NCBI GenBank assembly: GCA_951406725.2
Contig: OX597817.1
Location: forward strand, 121,520,001 to 121,584,000
Reading direction: 5' to 3'
Origin: Octopus vulgaris
Taxonomy: Eukaryota
DNA length: 64,000 nt
The stretch's first letter is position 1; each line of letters opens with the position of its first letter. This document shows, piece after piece, positions 1 through 11,820 of this stretch. The position numbers were made by a program, and so were the translations under genes. The notes beneath the pieces are model-generated. The model was given only the letters and a program-made list of their open reading frames with translations. It was not told the origin of the DNA and did not search any database.

Positions 1-39
1 GATATTGCGAGCAGTTTCAGATGCTTTACATCCTTTTCG

Positions 40-203
40 AACGGGCTTCTTTCAGTTTCCCTCTACCAAATCCACTCGTTAGGTGCTACGTAGCGGGACT
101 GAACTTGGAAAAATGTGGTTGAGAAATAAACTTCTTACCACACAACCACGCCTGCGCCTAAAACACACACGCACACACACAGACACAGACACACAGACAC
201 ACA

Positions 204-256
<53 letters not shown>

Positions 257-660
257 TTACTTCTGTCAATGGATTGCCACCGTGTTGGAAGCACCGCCGT
301 GAAAGTTTAGTCAAGGAAATCGACCCCAGTACTGAAAGTTGGTGCTTATTCTATCGGTCTTTTTTACAGAAGCACTAAGCTACGGGAACAAAAATACACT
401 AACATCAGTCGCTAAACGGTGGAGGGAAGATAAACATAAAAACACAGTTCATTCATACATCCATTCATTCATACGCAGGCACGCGCGCGCGCCCACACAC
501 ACACATACACACATACCATGGAGCTTTATTCAAACTCTCTACAGAGTTCGGTCATTAGTCAGATCGGTGCGATAATAGAAATTGCCCAGGATGTCGTGCA
601 GTAGGACGGGACTCGAAGTGCTCGAATGGAAAGCGAGCACTTCTCTACTTGTGCAGCCAT
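40..660 (-). mobile_element. Degenerate tRNA-derived SINE fragments (family B) with (CA)n
   Basis: cgggcttctttcagtttcc.tctaccaaatccactc and gtcaaggaaatcgaccccag match the better copies at 20145-20505 and 21000-21372. Confidence 0.75.
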
Positions 661-1123
661 GCCTGCTCAGTACAGTTAAATCTATACTTGACACGGAATA
701 AAGGGAAATAATCGAAATACTGGACTGAAAGTATGAATTTATTTTATTTTAGAGAACATTTAGTTTTGGAACCACCAATAGGGCAAAGTGAGTATTAGCG
801 GTTTCTCTCATAAACACTTCTCGTGTCTAATACAGAATTTATGAATTTTGAATTCTAAGCAATATGAATAGAGATATAAACTAAAATTACATTAACATCA
901 CTCTATGAATATCTAGGCACGTAGCAACAGAAATTCTTCCCTTCGAGTCAATGAAAGAATTTTTAAGTCTTCGTTCGGGGTGCAAATCCCTCTACTACTA
1001 TCATTTTCAACAGAAGAAGAACACGTGATAATGTGGTCCTAGATACCCATAAGAAATGGGTGGTTATTAAGAAAATGGATAATTATAAAAGAAATGGATG
1101 GTTATAAATTTGTTGTGCGGAGA

Positions 1124-1279
1124 GGGCTCATCGATTACATTGACCCAAAAGCTAATCCGTTATTTTATAGATCACTCCCCTCCAAAAGAAAGTCGAATGT
1201 GGAAGAATTATATCTCAGAACAGGGATAACGCCCATAAGTTTTGTCTGGCGTGCTTGCGTTACTGCCAGCTCGTTGCCA
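1124..1279 (-). mobile_element. Degenerate SINE family A (Nin-domain-like)
   Basis: Diverged match to 22998-23441 (cgattacattgaccc...ctcagaac...ggcgtgct...ctgccagctcg). Confidence 0.6.
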
Positions 1280-2313
1280 TAACAAAAGAAAAAAAAATTA
1301 ATTTTAATTAATTAAATGCTGACAATATTATTCCCTTAACGATTTTTATGTCCCAATAGAGAAAAGCGAGGAGAATATGAATACGAATTAGAATAAATAT
1401 AAAGTATTCTCTTTAGAACAGTTTATAATAATTACACTCTAGTAATGCTGTATTTCAACAAGAAAAATCTGCTTTTTATTACAATGACGTATCTTATTCT
1501 CTAGAAAATCGAACGCACACTTGTTTTCGGTAAGAAGAAGGAACTGTAATAGACTACGTAATCATTACGATGACAATTCCATTTATCTAAATGATGCAAC
1601 TAAGTTATTAACTCTACGAAAACTCTACTTTATTTTCAGAAATACGTCAATTTATTTATTGGGAATGATATTAAATACCAACGAGTGAACGGGAATTAAA
1701 ATAAAAATAAAAAAAGAACAAAGCATGAAGGAAGTATTTTATAGATAAGGACAGTAAAGTAGAGAACTTTCATTTCAGCATCACACCAAATCCATCCACA
1801 TATTTGCATTTGTATGATAGCTAATATAATAACTCTCCTAAACAATTATATTAGCTGCAGCGCTTTGTGTAAAGACATTTAGGAAGTTTTACATACAATA
1901 TAACAGTATCGATATCGGAAATTTCAAGTTAATGAAAGTGAATTAAAATAATATCAAATAAATTGTATTCCATTATCTAAGAAGTTAATTCCCGAACGTT
2001 GCTAAAATATTACATAAAAGAAGAACATCACAGATAATGTTTCTTTTTAAATAAAAAAATAATTATATATTTCGAATATATTTAAAATATAAAGCATTTT
2101 TGCTGAGCTAAAACAAAACAGTATAAAACTGATAAGGAAATAATATAGTGGACTAATGACATTTTCATAAATACAGTTAGTAGTTATATAAAAATGCTTG
2201 CTTGGTTTAAGTTTTTTGCGCTACCAGCATCACCAACCAAAAACAAAAACAAAAAACAAAAAACAAACAAACATAAAAAAAACAAAAAAAAACAAACAAA
2301 CATAAAAAAAACA

Positions 2314-2606
2314 CTGGCACTTTGTCGGTTACGATGACAAGGGTTCCGGTCGATCCGATCAAAGAACAGGCTGCCCGTGAAATTAACGCGCCAGTGGTCG
2401 AGCACTCCAATGACACACAGACACACAGACACACAACGTAGTTCTCAGGGCGATTCAGCGTGACAAGTATTACTCATTTTCATCAGCTGGGTGAACTGGA
2501 ACAACTTGAAATAAATTGTTTTGCTCAAAGACACAACGTGCTGCCGGGAATTGAACTCACGACCTTACGATCATAAGCCAAATCCCACACTACTAAGCTA
2601 TGCGCC
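2314..2606 (-). mobile_element. tRNA-derived SINE family C
   Basis: Reverse complement of the copies at 45293-45610 and 56369-56672; has a tRNA-like head with A/B-box-like motifs. Confidence 0.8.
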
Positions 2607-2774
2607 TTCACAATCACCAACAATGCGAATACTAACAAGAAAATAAGCATGAGCATGAGCCAACAAGCCAATATTTAGGAGGTTGCTCGATCGTTTAGAA
2701 ATCAGAACTCCGTCTCATTAAACTCTCATTCTATTATCTTTAGACAGGAAGGATACACACACAGACAAAAAGGG

Positions 2775-2990
2775 TTAAGGCCCGTTTTCCGGATTCTGTT
2801 GCGATATCTATATTCTGCACTGGACAGGACGCCGATCCGTTGCAGGATTACTCATTTTTGCTATCTGATTGAACTGGAGCAATGTGAAATAGAAATGTTT
2901 TGCTCAAGAACATAATGTATCGTCCGGCCCAGGAATCGAAACTACAATCTTACAATCATGAATCCAATACTCTAACCACTTAGTCATGTA
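2775..2990 (-). mobile_element. tRNA-derived SINE (family C-related head, different tail)
   Basis: Reverse complement of the copy at 40405-40630. Confidence 0.7.
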
Positions 2991-3119
2991 CACACAAATA
3001 CACACACACACGCGCGTGTATGTCTGTGTGTGTGTGCGCGCGTAGATAAACACAGATTTCTTATTTTGAAATAAAATATTCCGTATAGCATTGTATCTGT
3101 CTATAGTTGAGCACAGACA

Positions 3120-3265
3120 GGCGGATCTTTAACGTAGTTCTCTGGAAGATTCAGCCTGACACAGAATGTGACGAGCCTGGCCCTTTGAAATACAGGTAAC
3201 ACTCATTTTCACCAGATGAGTGAGCTAGAGCAACGTGAAATAAAGTGTGTTGGTCAAGGACACAA

Positions 3266-3266
<1 letters not shown>
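3120..3266 (-). mobile_element. SINE family C internal fragment
   Basis: ctttaacgtagttctc...gattcagc.tgacacagaatgtgac matches other family C copies; truncated at (TCTA)n. Confidence 0.7.
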
Positions 3267-3330
<64 letters not shown>

Positions 3331-3333
<3 letters not shown>

Positions 3334-4246
3334 GCTGTCAACACCCGTTAAAAGGAGGGCTGGGCATGCCGTGGTTGATGATGCGCAGACACGCGCTGAG
3401 ACTGCGACATCTCCGGCTCTATGTAGACGACGGTGAACAGGTGTGGTCGCCGTTTGTGAGGCACGCATTCCCGCAACTCGTCTCCATGACCGAACTACAG
3501 TCGTGGATCAAAAAGAGGCCGAAGAAGGGCGAATGGCACCGCGAGTGTCGCGTTGCTCTCAAGCAACTCTGCCGTCCCGGGTCGACCTTGAGTGACTTCA
3601 ACACAACCAAAGCATTCTATAGGGGATTAGTGGAGGGGAGGTACGACGACGAGCTCGGGGCAAACCTGGGCGTCGACGAGAATACCTGACCCGCCTGTTT
3701 CAAACGACTTTCGGCCCGGGACCTATGGACAACTTCCAGAGATCCCTGGCCTGGCGGTGCTACCGAGAAGCGCTACCCGTTCGGGATAAGCTCTATAGGC
3801 ATGGCTCGAGAAACACGGGGCCGACCTGCCCGAGATGCGGGCAGAGCGACGAAACCGCTCTGCACGCAATCGTGCAGTGTCCAGCAATTTCCCACCTGTG
3901 GGCTTATGTCGAACGACTGCTGTCACGTGTGGGACGTGTCGGTTTATCAGCCGAGTCTATCGTTAATATCGTCACGCCTCCTTCCTTCAAACGGGAAGGA
4001 AGAGCTATTTTTATCATACTTGTGGCTATGGCGAAAGAATGTATCTGGTGGACGCGTCTGAAAGGATTAGAGACAAACACTTTCCTCTCTGGTCAATCTC
4101 TCATCAACTTCTTCAAGTATCACTTGAAGAAAAAAGTGAGAGTAGAGAGGCAAGTTTTGTCTAGTAAATGTTTTAAAAAAAGATGGGTGAATGTAGCAAG
4201 GATGGCACGTATGAATGACGAAGCCACCTTGACTATGATTCTATGA
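3331..4246 (+). pseudogene. LINE ORF2 C-terminal region with a single frameshift near 3680
   Basis: ORFs 3216..3689 and 3725..4246 join as ...LGVDE/EYLTRLFQTTFGPGPMDNFQRSLAWR if one base is restored near 3680. Confidence 0.85.
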
Positions 4247-4632
4247 ACCGTAAAAATTAATACAGAGAGTTGCTTATTTGCAAAAAAAAAAAAAAGAAAT
4301 ATAACATGTGACTTCATTGACCGAGGTTACCGTGGTCTTTTCCGTAGGCTTTTCTTTCCACGGGTAAACCTCACCTGTCCTCCCCTTTACACTTCATATT
4401 GACATTTCTGTGATAACGATCCCTATTGATCAATTTTTTTCCTCTCCCCCTTTTTTTTAACCCCCTTTTTTTGTCCTCTTTCTCTCCTTTTACGATCCCT
4501 TTTGATCGACCCCCCCTTTTTTATTTTATTTTATTTTTTATTTTAATTTTTTTTTTTTTTCAAACCTTCAAAAGAAAAGCTCTACCTTGTAATTTGTTCT
4601 ATCTGTGTGCAGCCCTGTGTGGCTAATAAAGA

Positions 4633-4633
<1 letters not shown>
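3331..4633 (+). mobile_element. 5'-truncated Tx1/L1-like non-LTR retrotransposon (ORF2 C-terminus + 3' UTR) embedded in (TCTA)n
   Basis: GGLGMP motif; zf-RVT zinc knuckle CPRCGQSDETALHAIVQC; GC-rich relative to host; T-rich 3' UTR ending AATAAAGAA; (TCTA)n on both sides. Confidence 0.9.
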
Positions 4634-4694
<61 letters not shown>

Positions 4695-5085
4695 ATACAT
4701 GTCTGTCTAATTACAATCGGTCTCTTTTTGCCGAAATAAACCGACACCAGTTGCCAAGCAGTGGTGTGGGGGTCAAACACAACACAGCATAAATACACAT
4801 TCGCACGCGCGCGCGCACACACACACACACGATGTCGAGGTCCATATGTTTGCTCAATTAAGGCAACAAAAAGAAATACCTCGCCAATAGTATTATTACC
4901 TTTGCCACTTCCACACTGAAATGGACTTAACATAAATGAGAGCTTATACTTTTCTTAGATAAAATCAAAGCATTTTGTGCATAAGTGGAGGATCACTTTA
5001 AATGAGTGTCTAAATGTTCATCCTAAGTTAGCGGGCGTGTTAGAGAGAGACAGAGATAGAGAGAGAGAGAAAGAGAGAGAGAGAA

Positions 5086-5117
<32 letters not shown>

Positions 5118-5814
5118 TGGGAGATATGGCGAGAAAAAGAGAGAGAGAGAGTGGGAGATATGGCGAGAAAAAGAGAGAGAGAAAAGTGTAAAAAGAGCAA
5201 AGGTGAAAAGTGTGAGAAAGACGAAAAGCGGAGAAAAGAGAGAAGAAAGGAAACGAAAGGAAGAATGACAAAGAAAGAAAGATACCAATTTTGTTCTAAT
5301 GTCATTAAAGGTGATCTGTAGAATTGAAGGAGACGTTAAGATAAAAGAAGTTTTGTTACAAAGGAATTTCTCTGTGTCTGGCGGATTAAAGAAAGTCGCC
5401 AGAAAACCAAAACTAGATCAATTACACTAGCTATTTCTGAGATTTACTAGTCTTCACTTAAAATCTGTTTGCACTTGATTTCGAATTTTCCCACTTTACT
5501 TAATCTGATACTTTGTTCGCTTATATTTTATCCTTAATATTGTAGGTCACAATACATATCAATAATAGGAACACAAAGAAGTCTAATAGACTGACGATTA
5601 GCAGCAACCAGATTTGTGAAAAGCCATTTCAAATTGTCCATCGTAAGCCGGGAGAAAAAGGAACAAATTGAAACGCAATCTGTTTTGCTTAATCAAACGG
5701 AATCTGTGATGCTTAATAAAAGGAAATCGTACGGAAAATAGGCGGAAAAATCCCTCAAAATAATGATCTCTTAATTCTAATTACGAAAATAAATTAGTAA
5801 ATAAAATGACTTAC

Positions 5815-5873
5815 CTTATATTAAGATAAAATATATCCACATATATTCCGAAATCACAAAATGTTAATATATC
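5815..5873 (-). other. Candidate 59-nt exon
   Basis: Minus strand reads ttttctttgattttcag|GATATA...AATATAAG|gtaagt; one open frame DILTFCDFGIYVDIFYLNI; no homology recognised. Confidence 0.4.
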
Positions 5874-7040
5874 CTGAAAATCAAAGAAAATACAATTTAG
5901 AGAAGGAGAGTTTAACTATGAAGAGATAAACTACCTCATTAGAAAGACAGTAAAAAGAATGAAAACATACATATAAGCAATGCGAAAAAATTATTTTCCT
6001 GAAATAAGAAAATTTGGAAAGGCAGGAAAATCATATTTCTATTTGTACTTTAAACAGCTGGCGTAACTCCAACTACTGTGTCTACGAGAATAACATAATT
6101 GTATCTGCTGGATAAAAGAATTCTAAGGTATTTATTTCTTCAAAGAAAATTAATGAATTCGGTAGAAGTAGAAGGCTCAGTGAACGTGCGTGGCTCCTGC
6201 AAGCTGGGAAAATATGTTTCGACTTTCATATTAATGTATATCAATGTAAGTTTGCTTAATCTAAAACGAATATGAAATCGTTTATAAAAATATTATTTCA
6301 TCATCATTAATTGTTTCTAATTTAGGCATATGGCTAACAACTTTGAAGGGAGCGTATATTAATTGACACCATCTATCTCAATGTTTAAATTGTACTTATT
6401 TTATCGACTTCGGAGGAAAAAAGGCAACGTAAATGATGGCGATATTTGACTCGAATGGAAAAATATTGGAAGAAATGTCGCAAAGTGTTTTGTCTGCGCC
6501 CTATCGTTTCTGCTAAGCTGCAGCCTTCTAATGGCCTATAGTTTAAGCACAAGATCGGGAGTTTATGAGGAGGGAATAATAGATAACAACGATCCAAGTG
6601 TTCATGTGATGCTTGCTTTAACAACACCGAAAAGATGAAAGGTGAAGCGGACCTTTGCAGGCTAAGGAAACAAATATTTTTTCTTCTTGAGCCAAACATG
6701 TTTACATCAATTTAGCAACAAAAGCGAGAATGGAACAAATTGCTGTCGAGGAACTCTGAATTCTAAAAAAAATAAGTGTTCTATGCTTAGGTCATGTATG
6801 TGTATGAACATTTTTTTCTCTAGTTTCAGCTCAGAGCTGCGGCCATGCTGATGCACCACCGTTAAATGAATATATTATATATAAGTATGTATACGTATAC
6901 ACACACAGACGCACACACACACACACACACATACACATATATATATATATATATGTAGGTCCCGGGTTGAGTCGGGGTTAACCACAGTAAATAAGGTACT
7001 CAATACATAGCAGAGTAAATTAATTTATTTTATAGAAGGA

Positions 7041-7089
7041 GCTTCTACAGGACTAGAACTGTTTCATTCAAAAGAAATCATCAGGAAGC
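7041..7089 (-). ncRNA. Minimal type I hammerhead ribozyme
   Basis: gcttc CTGATGA t-ttc-tttt-gaa-t GAAA cag-ttctagtc-ctg TA gaagc: stem I gcttc/gaagc, stem III acag/ctgt, GUA site; the stem II closing pair is a U-U mismatch. Confidence 0.75.
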
Positions 7090-7137
7090 TTCCTGATGAT
7101 TTCTTTTGAATGAAACAGTTCTAGTCCTTGTAGAAGC
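7088..7137 (+). ncRNA. Mirror-image hammerhead copy with 1-nt insertion in stem III
   Basis: gcttc CTGATGA tttcttttgaat GAAA cagttctagtccttg TA gaagc. Confidence 0.65.
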
Positions 7138-7738
7138 TCCTTCTATAAAATAAATATATATATATATATATATATACATACACACACATATATATATACA
7201 TACAGATATATATAAACATATATATGTATATATACATATATATGAATATATACATATACATACATATATTCACATATAAATACATATATATATATATATA
7301 TATATATATGTGTATATATACATATATATACGTATACAGACATATATATATAAATATATAAATATATGTATGTATGTGTGTGTGTGTGTGTGTGTGTACA
7401 TGTAATAAATTTAGTCATCTATTTCCAATGATATTGAGGTCGAATTTTTTCGTTGTAAGCAAGTGGTTTTTATATACATATATATATATATATAATATCG
7501 ACAAACCACATGTATGACAACGAAAATTTTCGACCTCAATAACACTGGAAATAGATAACTAAATTCATTAAATAACCTAAGAATAGCGCACTTATGTTCA
7601 GAATGCGGAGTTCCTCGACAGTAATTTATTCCATTCTCGTTTTTGTTATTCAGTATATATACATCTACATATATACATATACATATATATATATATATAT
7701 ATACGTATGTATATACATATGTGTATATATGTATAGAT

Positions 7739-7773
<35 letters not shown>

Positions 7774-7775
7774 CA

Positions 7776-7810
<35 letters not shown>

Positions 7811-7867
7811 CTATACATATGCATACATATATGTATATACGTATATATATATATATATATACATATA

Positions 7868-8030
7868 TACGACGGGCTTCTTTCAGTTTCCATCTACCAC
7901 ATCCACTCACAAGGCTTTGGTCGGCCCGAGGCTATAGTAGGAGACACTTGCCCAAGTTGTCATACAGTGTGACTGAACCCGGAACCACGTGATTGGTAAG
8001 CAAGCTACTTACTACACAAGCCACTCCTAT
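7868..8030 (-). mobile_element. tRNA-derived SINE family B, 5' half
   Basis: Near-identical to 21235-21372; B-box-like ggttcagtc on the minus strand. Confidence 0.85.
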
Positions 8031-8223
8031 ATATATATATATGTATATATACAGAGCAACAAAAGTGAGAATGGAATAAATTGCTGTCGAGGAACTATGA
8101 CATAAGTGTTCTATGCTTAGATCATTTGATAAATTTAGTCATCTATTTCCAATGATAGTGAGGTCGACCTTTTCGTTGTTATACAAGTGGTTTGTCGATA
8201 TATACATATATGTATATATGCAC

Positions 8224-8294
<71 letters not shown>

Positions 8295-8365
8295 CATGTA
8301 TATATGTATTTAAATATGTATATATGTATTTATATATGTATATATATATATACATATATATATAT

Positions 8366-8419
<54 letters not shown>

Positions 8420-8520
8420 ATATATGTATCAATATATATAGTTATATATATATATATATATATATATATACGTATATGCCTATCTATATGAATATATACA
8501 TTTTCATTTATATACATATA

Positions 8521-9195
8521 TTGGATTGCCAAATAAGTTCCCGCGGTTATTTTAAATTTTGGAATTTATTGCGTTTTTAAATTTTGGAATGTATTTTCTT
8601 CGAGAATTCTATTTTTGAATCATTTTGGAATCTGTTTTATTTTCTTCCAGTTAATTTTAGTAATGTTTTGTTTATTTTCAGATCATTAAAATGGAACGTC
8701 AAATTAAGAAAAACGAGCCTCTTCGATCCCTCTTTCGTTTTGCTTTTAATGAAGGTTCTAAGGCCGCAATAGCTGCTCGCGAAATTTGTGCTGTGTATGG
8801 AGAGGGTGCTATAGCTGAAAGAACTATTCGTGATTGGTATGCCATGTTCAAAAATGGAAATTTCGCCTGCAAAGGCGCACTTCATTCTGGCCGTCTAGTT
8901 CAGTTCGATGGAGAGCGATTAAACCAACTTTTGCAAGAAAATTTTCGTCAAACGACAGAGGAACTGGCAGAGAAAATGGAATGCTCCCACACCGCTATAG
9001 AGATGCATCTTCACTCGATTGGAAAGGTTCAGAATTATGGAGCATGTGTTCCGCATGCTTTCAGTGACAATAACAAAAATCAACAAGCGACCGTCTCCGC
9101 TGGTTTGCTTGAATGGAACCAAACGGTCAACGCGGAACAAACGGTTCAACAGATGGAACGACTCAACACGGCTATTCAAGAGGAAATACCTAAGC
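8521..9195 (+). mobile_element. Mariner transposon, internally deleted and 3'-truncated
   Basis: TA + TIR-like ttggattgccaaataagttcccgcggtt; ORF 8691 with HTH (AAREICAVYGEGAIAERTIRDWY), CVPHAF (WVPHxL), then a jump to QTVNAE..QQMERL. Confidence 0.9.
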
Positions 9196-9199
9196 GCCC

Positions 9200-10640
9200 G
9201 CCCTCATATCTCCAATATCAATTAAATTCACCCTCCAAAACAACTATTTCACGTTTGCCAACAATCGTCAATTACCTGGAATTGCAATGGGAACCAGTGC
9301 AGCCCCAACAATTGCCAATCTAATTGGAAAATATTTTTGGACGACTGCTTCATCCTCTGGAATGAAAGCGTAGATAAGATCCTGGAGTTCAAGAGACTTC
9401 TCAATAACATTCACACCAACTTACAATTCATAATGGGACACAACCACAATGAACTCCCATTTCTAGACATACTGAACAATAAACAATAAATAGAAAGTGA
9501 CATTTTTTACAATATCTGCTATTTATCTCATGTCATCCGAGACATATCAAAACAAATGTCCCCTGCAACCTTGCAACAAGAATTTGCACCATAGTATCCG
9601 AAAAAATACCAGAGAACTAAGATTGCAAGAGCTTAAAAATGTACTCCAGGACAGGCACTACGCAACTCAACTCAACTCATAAATGAAGGAATTAAACGTG
9701 CAAAATCGATTAATATTAAAACATTAAGAAAAACCAAACACAACAGCACATTCACCCTCAAAGCACTACCTTATATCTCCATATACAACCCCAGAAACAA
9801 AGAAGCATTAAATGGCATCGTCTAAAATCTTCAAATACTCCATAGGGACCCCAAACTTAAGGAGATTCTACGTAACCATAAAATTATTACGAACAGCAAA
9901 CAGCCTACGACATTGAGGAAATTTCTCCCCAATGCCAAAATATTCTCTAGAACAACGGACGCAAGAGTCGTGAAGTGTGGTCGCCCTTATTGTGGAACCT
10001 GTCCCAATCTTTTGAAAGGATCGGAATTCCATTTCAGACAAGGACAAATATTGAAGAACAAATCTAACTTCACTTGCGCCTCCCAAAACCTCATTTGTGT
10101 AATCTGATGCTCGGGCTGCCATCGAAATTATATTGTCTCAACAAGAATTTCGAATCGAAGGAGATGTATGGTCTACAGACAACCAATTTTTTCCCCTCAA
10201 TATCACCAAACATACCTCAGTCAACACATTTTCGAATGTGCAGAAATAATACAACCACAATTTGAACTTTTTCAATTTTATCGACTTGCCTTCTTGCCGT
10301 TAACACAAGTAAGACTGAGTAAAGAAGCCTCATTTATCCAAAAATATAAACTAGAATTAAATATGAAACCATAATTAAAAATAAAGGACCTAGCCCATGA
10401 AGACGTAAGCCAGAATAAAGCAAAGAACACAAAAACAAAAAAATAGAAGAGATTTACCTCCTATTTACTGCAAAATGAATGAGTGAACAATTATCTCCCC
10501 TAGCAATATTTTTTCCCATTACAAAATTTATCTCTTTCAACTCTCAGTTTGATGAGCAATGCGAAACCGATCCTTACTTCAATTATGTTGAAAGAACAAA
10601 ACCTTATTTTATATAAAATTGTTTAATGTCTTTATTATCG
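9200..10640 (+). mobile_element. Decayed Penelope-like element (RT C-terminal half, linker, GIY-YIG endonuclease, 3' region)
   Basis: Across frameshifts: NNYFTF..GIAMGTSAAPTIANL, FLDDCFILW, ELPFLDIL, KCGRPYCGTC, FTCASQNLICVI*CSGC..NYI, RLSKEASFIQKYKLELN (stop 10374). Confidence 0.9.
10549..10572 (+). ncRNA. Degenerate minimal hammerhead in the Penelope 3' region
   Basis: tTGATGA gc-aat-gc GAAA ccgatc; differs at two positions from a CTGATGA..GAAACCGGTC-type motif; stem I not evident. Confidence 0.5.
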
Positions 10641-10689
10641 TGGCTCTAATATACTCTTAAATCCGTCTTATCTCTTTCTCTATTCATAT

Positions 10690-10923
10690 CCACCACGTGT
10701 GTTTTCCCACTAAGAAATCTTCTACCACCGCGTGTGTACCGTTGGCGATTTTTTTCCCTCCGTCTTCCCTTCTTTGGATCTTTCCTTTTCCTATGTTTCT
10801 GACGAAGAGGTCCGCTCGAAACGTTAAACCCTCCTTTCCTTCTTTCCTGATCGTCCAATAATACAATACTTGTTCCACGTCCTCACGTTGTGCTTTCTCT
10901 TTGTGTTTTTATGTTTGGATTAA

Positions 10924-10925
<2 letters not shown>
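10690..10925 (+). mobile_element. Short non-coding element with hammerhead-like core (10795-10829), ending at (AT)n
   Basis: gttt CTGACGA a gag-gtccg-ctc GAAACGTT aaac; homologous to 30372-30570. Confidence 0.7.
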
Positions 10926-10977
<52 letters not shown>

Positions 10978-11038
10978 GACTCACGACTTATAAATAAGGG
11001 CTAAAGAAAACCTACATACATTCATACATACATACATG

Positions 11039-11087
<49 letters not shown>

Positions 11088-11282
11088 CGTTGTTATATAT
11101 ATATAACAACGAAAAGCGACCTCGATGTCATTGAAAATAGATGACTAAATATATTAAATGACCTAAGCACAGTTTCTTGACAAGCAATTTATTCCATTCT
11201 GCATCACAATTGTCCCACGAACGGGAACGTGAAAACCCTAGTAGCAGTTATCGTGTGATGGTCCTGCAGCCGTAATAATGAA

Positions 11283-11334
<52 letters not shown>

Positions 11335-11660
11335 TGTAATTTAATCCTATCCTCATTTATTGTCAGTGGAACTAGTATATCTGTTTACGTTAGTATTTCT
11401 TTTTTTTTGTCCTGGTAACAAAAGAGAACCTCTCGGAAATCCAACTCACGTTTTCTTTCTTGATGACGTGTTGTATTTATTGGTACTTTATTACCATCTA
11501 TTTCATTTCAGTGTTTAGTTTCATCAAATTAATGTGGATTTTATTTATGTAGTGTCTGAGGAACGATGAAACTGTGCACATATATGCACGTATATTTTAA
11601 ACGGTATTTTTGTTCAGTTTGAACGCGCAAAATAAAAATCAATAAAAATTAAAAGTACGG

Positions 11661-11820
11661 TCACATGCGCATATAAATCATAATTTTCTGATTGGTATGA
11701 GGAACTGGACTATTCTTATCAACGGCTGTCGAATTGGCTAATAACTCGGTGATGAAACCTTGTACGATTTCGATGGAGGTTACAATTCCGGGTATCTCCT
11801 CCCATTCATTATTTTTGTAG
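11661..11820 (-). other. Candidate terminal coding exon
   Basis: ctctagtttcag| followed by open frame YKNNEWEEIPGIVTSIEIVQGFITELLANSTAVDKNSPVPHTNQKIMIYMRM*; non-repetitive, no homology recognised. Confidence 0.2.

Larger units (their letters stand above)
6956..7155. mobile_element. Penelope-like pseudo-LTR remnant with ~66-bp-arm palindrome, flanked by (AT)n
   Basis: Near-perfect inverted repeat 7023-7155 centred on aag|ctt (7088/7089), each arm with a hammerhead core. Confidence 0.7.
6713..8200. repeat. Unclassified ~150-bp repeat family in alternating orientations among (AT)n
   Basis: Split + copy 6713-6796/7402-7470, - copy 7495-7650, + copy 8055-8200; another - copy at 11104-11200. Confidence 0.75.

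Noticed and set aside
4977-5321. Charged RE/K-rich ORF
   Set aside because: Translation of (GA)n and purine-rich low-complexity sequence.
7143-8532. Long ORFs rich in YI/IY/HT/CV (also 16700-18668, 41548-42280 and many others)
   Set aside because: These are translations of (AT)n/(CA)n microsatellites, which lack stop codons; they are not genes.
8691-9323. 210-aa ORF as an intact or domesticated transposase
   Set aside because: The catalytic region is largely deleted and the C-terminus is out-of-frame read-through into the Penelope fossil.
11552-11580. tgt CTGAGGA acgat GAAA ctgtgc aca hammerhead-like string
   Set aside because: Stem II is essentially absent and there is no valid NUH cleavage triplet; could be chance.
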